Source: Candidatus Aminicenantes bacterium (GTDB lineage Bacteria; Acidobacteriota; Aminicenantia; Aminicenantales; UBA4085). From it: 64,000 nucleotides of DNA. The notes beneath the pieces are model-generated. The model was not told the DNA's origin. It searched no databases and saw only the letters and a program-made list of their open reading frames with translations. Made by a program: the position numbers and the translations under genes. Location: assembly GCA_017883285.1 (NCBI GenBank), contig JADGNV010000098.1, positions 244-64,243 of the forward strand, read 5' to 3'. The stretch's first letter is position 1. The number at the start of each line of letters is the position of its first letter. Below, piece after piece: positions 60,686 to 64,000 of this stretch.

Positions 60686-62362
60686 CTAGACTTCGATGTC
60701 CCGATAGCGCTTTTCGGCGAACGCCATCAGGAACCGGACGCAGGCTGTGGAGATCAGGACCAGCGCGGCCAGGATGACGAAGAAGAGCCCCGGGCCGCCG
60801 ACCCCCGCCATGGACAGGAAATAGGCGAACGTCCCGACGACCGCCAGGACGCCCAGGTCGGCGAAGAAGGCGAACAGGACGTTCAGGTTCTGTTTGATGG
60901 CCTTCTGGGGATTCGTCCAGTCGAGGAGCGGCCGGGCCAGGTCGATGATCATTCCGACCGCGGTCAGGGCCGCGCCCGCGACGAGCGCCAGCAGCCAGCC
61001 GCCGGCCAGGGGGCCGGCCTTCAGGCCGAGCCCGAGGACGAGCACGGCCGTTCCCGCGGCGAACCCCAGGAGCGCGACGGCGTAGGAATGGATGAACTTG
61101 GCGATCACCTGCTCGCGCGGGGCGATCGGCAGGACCTTGGACATCCAGAACTGGCTGCCTTCGCGAGAGAACGTCGAGGATGCCGTGCCGTTGAGGCAGC
61201 CGCTCACGAGCAGGAAGGCGGCCGATCCGAGGACGCCCGTGAGCCCGGCGCCCGCGGCGATCGCCCTGAGAAACGAGGTCGTGCCCCCGGTCCCCACCCG
61301 GGCCATGAGAAGGAAGGCCAGGGGGATGACGATCACGGTCAGGACGCCGTTGAGCAGGAAGATCGGCGTGCGGTTCATGATCCGCCATTCGCGCCCGAGG
61401 ACGGCCATCACCGGACGCCGGCCGTCCGCGACCCGCCGCGACATCTCGCTCCGCGAGAGGGCCTTTCGGCGGCCGGAGATCTCGCCGATCCCGATCAGGC
61501 CGCGGTAGAACAGCGTCCGGGCCGCGACGAGCATGCCGGCGAAGAGGAGGAGCGAGACGCCGATGGTGATCCCCAGACCGACTAGCCCTTCGCCGCTGAA
61601 GGCGCCGGCCAGGGCTTTCGTCGCCCAGACCGCCGGCGGGAAGCCCGCCCCGATCATCGTCAGGAGGCTGTTCGGCGAGGTGAAGAAGCCGGTCATGGCC
61701 CGGGTATCGACTTTCGCCGCCGCGGTCCGGTTGATGAAGAACTGGAGGCCCATGCCGGCGGTGATCAGGACGAGGCTTCCGACGAGGATCATCAGGTCCT
61801 TCTTCCGGCTGAAGTTGACGGCCCGCATCATCCCGACGACGAGGAGCGAGACCAGGGTCAGGGGGATGATGGGCAGGAGTAGATAGATGACGGAGGCCGA
61901 GATCCAGTAGGCCGGGCCGGCCTTGGACAGGATCCCGTAATAGATGAAGACCGGCAGGACGAAGGCGATCATGGTCAGGTATTCGTTGACCAGAATCACG
62001 GCGAACTTGGAGAGCATGACCTCGGACGGCTTGAAGGGCAGGGGGATGAGCATCTCGAGGTCGCGGGAGAAGTAGAACGCCGAGACCACGTAATAGAGCC
62101 CGAAGATGAGAACGAGAAACTGGCCGAGCAGGATGGCGAACGTCAGCAGGGTCCGCTCCTGGCCGAGCGGCTGGAGCAGCTCGTAGACGAACCGGATGAA
62201 GCGGAGATAGCCATAGAGGGCGGGCAGCAGGCCGAGGACGCCCAGGGCGATCAGGGGGAGATACCAGCGGTCCTTCTTCTCCCGAAAGAACCGGTGGGCG
62301 AGGACCGACAGCCCGAAATTGGACTTGAGGCTGACGCGGAGGAGGGACCGGAAGCGGCTCAT
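60686..62362 (-). CDS. Multi-TM permease of a putative ABC exporter
   Basis: 558 aa with about 12 hydrophobic segments. It has a 4-nt overlap with the ATPase gene. Confidence 0.75.
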   Translation of the reverse strand: MSRFRSLLRVSLKSNFGLSVLAHRFFREKKDRWYLPLIALGVLGLLPALYGYLRFIRFVYELLQPLGQERTLLTFAILLGQFLVLIFGLYYVVSAFYFSRDLEMLIPLPFKPSEVMLSKFAVILVNEYLTMIAFVLPVFIYYGILSKAGPAYWISASVIYLLLPIIPLTLVSLLVVGMMRAVNFSRKKDLMILVGSLVLITAGMGLQFFINRTAAAKVDTRAMTGFFTSPNSLLTMIGAGFPPAVWATKALAGAFSGEGLVGLGITIGVSLLLFAGMLVAARTLFYRGLIGIGEISGRRKALSRSEMSRRVADGRRPVMAVLGREWRIMNRTPIFLLNGVLTVIVIPLAFLLMARVGTGGTTSFLRAIAAGAGLTGVLGSAAFLLVSGCLNGTASSTFSREGSQFWMSKVLPIAPREQVIAKFIHSYAVALLGFAAGTAVLVLGLGLKAGPLAGGWLLALVAGAALTAVGMIIDLARPLLDWTNPQKAIKQNLNVLFAFFADLGVLAVVGTFAYFLSMAGVGGPGLFFVILAALVLISTACVRFLMAFAEKRYRDIEV

Positions 62363-63087
62363 TTGTCCGTGAGCTCCAGGAAGATGTTCTCAAGCGTCGG
62401 GCCCGCGCCCCGGTCGAGCGCCTTCAGATCGTCCATCGTCCCGCAGGCGATGAGTTTCCCCTTGGCGATGATGCCGATCCGGTCGCAGAGCTTCTCGGCC
62501 ACCTCCATGATGTGCGTCGAGAAGAAGAGCGTCCGCCCCTGGTCGCAGTGCTCGCGCATGAGCTCCTTGAGGTGGTGGGCGGAGCGCGGGTCGAGGCCGA
62601 CCATCGGCTCGTCGAGGACCATCACCCGGGGGGCCGGCAGGAGGGCGGCCATGAGGACGATCTTCTGCTTCATGCCGTGGGAGTAGCTCTGGATGGGGCT
62701 GCCCACGGCCGCCGTGAGCTCGAAGATCTCGAGCCATTTCTCCATCCGCTCCAGGCGGGCGGCCTTCGGGACGCCGTAGGCGTCGCCGATGAAGTTGAGG
62801 TATTCGAGGCCCGTCAGCCTCTCGTAGACGGCGGGGTAATCGGGCACGTAGGTCGTCATGGACTTGCAGGCCAGGCTGTCGGCCTGCGTGTCGAGGCCGT
62901 TGATCCGTATCGTCCCGGCGTCCGGCTTGAGGAGGCCGACGATCATCTTGAGCGTCGTCGTCTTGCCCGCGCCGTTCGGGCCGAGGAAGCCGAAGATCTC
63001 GCCGGGCCGGACCGTCAGGTCGAGGTTGTCGACGGCCTTGACCTTGCCCTTGTTGTAGCTCTTGGAGACATGGAGGATTTCGATCAC
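62359..63087 (-). CDS. ABC transporter ATP-binding protein
   Basis: GTG start (VIEILHVSKSY) with AAGGAG 6 nt upstream. It has GPNGAGKTT, YSHGMKQKIVL and VLDEPMVGLD. The track start 63273 would overlap the divergent GntR gene. Confidence 0.9.
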   Translation of the reverse strand: MIEILHVSKSYNKGKVKAVDNLDLTVRPGEIFGFLGPNGAGKTTTLKMIVGLLKPDAGTIRINGLDTQADSLACKSMTTYVPDYPAVYERLTGLEYLNFIGDAYGVPKAARLERMEKWLEIFELTAAVGSPIQSYSHGMKQKIVLMAALLPAPRVMVLDEPMVGLDPRSAHHLKELMREHCDQGRTLFFSTHIMEVAEKLCDRIGIIAKGKLIACGTMDDLKALDRGAGPTLENIFLELTDK

Positions 63088-63235
63088 GGGCCGCTCCTTG
63101 GGGAAATCCCTATAACAATAGACGGAGACGCGCGCGGAAATCAAGCTTTTTCCGAGCGGAGCGCCAATCCGGGTTGACTTTGCCATCCGATATTTCATAT
63201 CCTTACGAGCGGCAGCGTCGGAGAAAGGGTTCGGG

Positions 63236-63922
63236 ATGGACAGAAAACCGTTGTTGAACGTGAAATCCCTCAAAGAGCAGGTCTACGAGTACCTCCGCGA
63301 GCAGCTGAGGACCGGGGTGATCAAGCCCGGCTCGGTGATCGACATGGAGACGACGTCGAAGATGCTGGGCGTCAGCAAGACGCCGCTCCGCGACGCGCTC
63401 CTCCAGCTCGAATTCGAGGGCTTCGTCACGATCCTGCCCCGGCGCAAGATCGTGGTCAACACCCTCAGCCTCCAGGACATCCGGAACTACTACGAAATCA
63501 TCGGCGCCCTCGAGAGCGCAGCCATCCTGGTGGCGATGGACAACTTCAAGGAGGCCGACTTCAAGACCCTCGAGAGGCTGAACGCGGAGATGAAAGAGGC
63601 CCTCGAGACGGACGATTTCGATCTCTATTACGAAAAAAACCTGAAGTTCCACAATACCTACCTTGGGCTGAGCGGGAACGCGAACCTAGTCCGGATCGTC
63701 AACACCATGAAAAAGCGCCTCTACGATTTTCCCCGCCAGTCGGGGTTCGTCCGCGAATGGGAAGAGGCCTCGATCGGCGAGCACCTCGAGCTCATCCGCC
63801 TCTTCCGGCAGAGGAGCAAGAAGGAGGCCTCGGCCTTCATCCGCGACGTCCACTGGTCCTTCAAGGTCCAGGAAAAATACATCGCCAAATATTACACGAA
63901 GGCCGCCGCGGCGGCCGACTGA
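63236..63922 (+). CDS. GntR-family regulator (FadR/FCD-type C-terminal domain)
   Basis: 228 aa with the wHTH ETTSKMLGVSKTPLRDALLQLEFEGFV. It is divergent from the ABC exporter genes. Confidence 0.9.
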   Translation: MDRKPLLNVKSLKEQVYEYLREQLRTGVIKPGSVIDMETTSKMLGVSKTPLRDALLQLEFEGFVTILPRRKIVVNTLSLQDIRNYYEIIGALESAAILVAMDNFKEADFKTLERLNAEMKEALETDDFDLYYEKNLKFHNTYLGLSGNANLVRIVNTMKKRLYDFPRQSGFVREWEEASIGEHLELIRLFRQRSKKEASAFIRDVHWSFKVQEKYIAKYYTKAAAAAD

Positions 63923-63966
63923 CCGGCCGCGCCGCCGGCCTCCGTCCGGAGAAAGAGAACGCTGCG

Positions 63967-64000
63967 ATGCCGAAAACCCGCGCTCTGGCCGCGGCGGCCT
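63967..64000 (+). CDS. Possible start of a further gene, truncated by the window end
   Basis: The ATG at 63967 is preceded by GGAGAAAGAG. Only 11 codons are visible (MPKTRALAAAA). Confidence 0.2.
   Translation, partial: MPKTRALAAAA

Overview
64-kb fragment of a high-GC bacterial chromosome with about 60 protein-coding genes and AAGGAG-type ribosome-binding sites. My spot counts of single 60-nt lines give roughly 65% G+C in most genes. I recognised no rRNA, tRNA, CRISPR array, integrase or transposase. Everything here comes from reading the translations and DNA by eye; no searches or folding programs were run. CDS ends come from the ORF track plus codon arithmetic. Hand-indexed non-coding coordinates may be off by 1-2 nt.

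Layout:
- 1-2168 (-): pseudopilin operon. Its last gene runs off the window and is missing from the ORF track.
- About 2560-15470: a compositionally distinct block at roughly 50% G+C. It holds canonical gdhA, a GDH-fold paralog with both catalytic residues replaced, three paralogous PPDK_N-only (PEP/pyruvate-binding ATP-grasp) proteins, two receiver proteins, a Pol-beta-type nucleotidyltransferase domain and a metallophosphoesterase. It has no histidine kinase. A high-GC C-terminal remnant of one block gene sits at its left edge.
- 15.7-34.7 kb: mixed housekeeping and accessory genes. These are a C26 amidotransferase, an Smr protein, a PAP2 phosphatase, a NatAB-like ABC pump, a thioesterase, a five-gene exported cupin/SGL/DUF362/BASS/ThuA operon, metK with a structured leader, a DUF302 protein, a glycoside hydrolase and an exported class V aminotransferase.
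- 34.7-44.5 kb (-): one operon. It encodes a REC-RAM-RAM regulator, a NuoE-like and a NuoF-like subunit, a 1233-aa fusion (2Fe-2S, GltD/NfnB-like module, 4Fe-4S, catalytically dead molybdopterin-oxidoreductase-like domain), a histidine kinase and a degenerate NtrC-like regulator.
- 44.6-64 kb: a serine hydrolase, an AT-rich islet with a decayed PP2C/SpoIIE pseudogene and small ORFs, an M28 peptidase, an ECF sigma/anti-sigma pair next to a CHAT-TPR protein, ndk, vapBC, tlyA, a second class V aminotransferase, an OMP, an ABC exporter and a GntR regulator.

Best candidate for an undescribed system: the PPDK_N / receiver / NTase / phosphoesterase / pseudo-GDH block.

Other second-look items:
- Palindrome-cored in-frame minisatellites in three adjacent genes.
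- A nested-hairpin intergenic repeat present twice.
- The Stn-like NuoEF + GltD-fusion operon.
- The metK leader.
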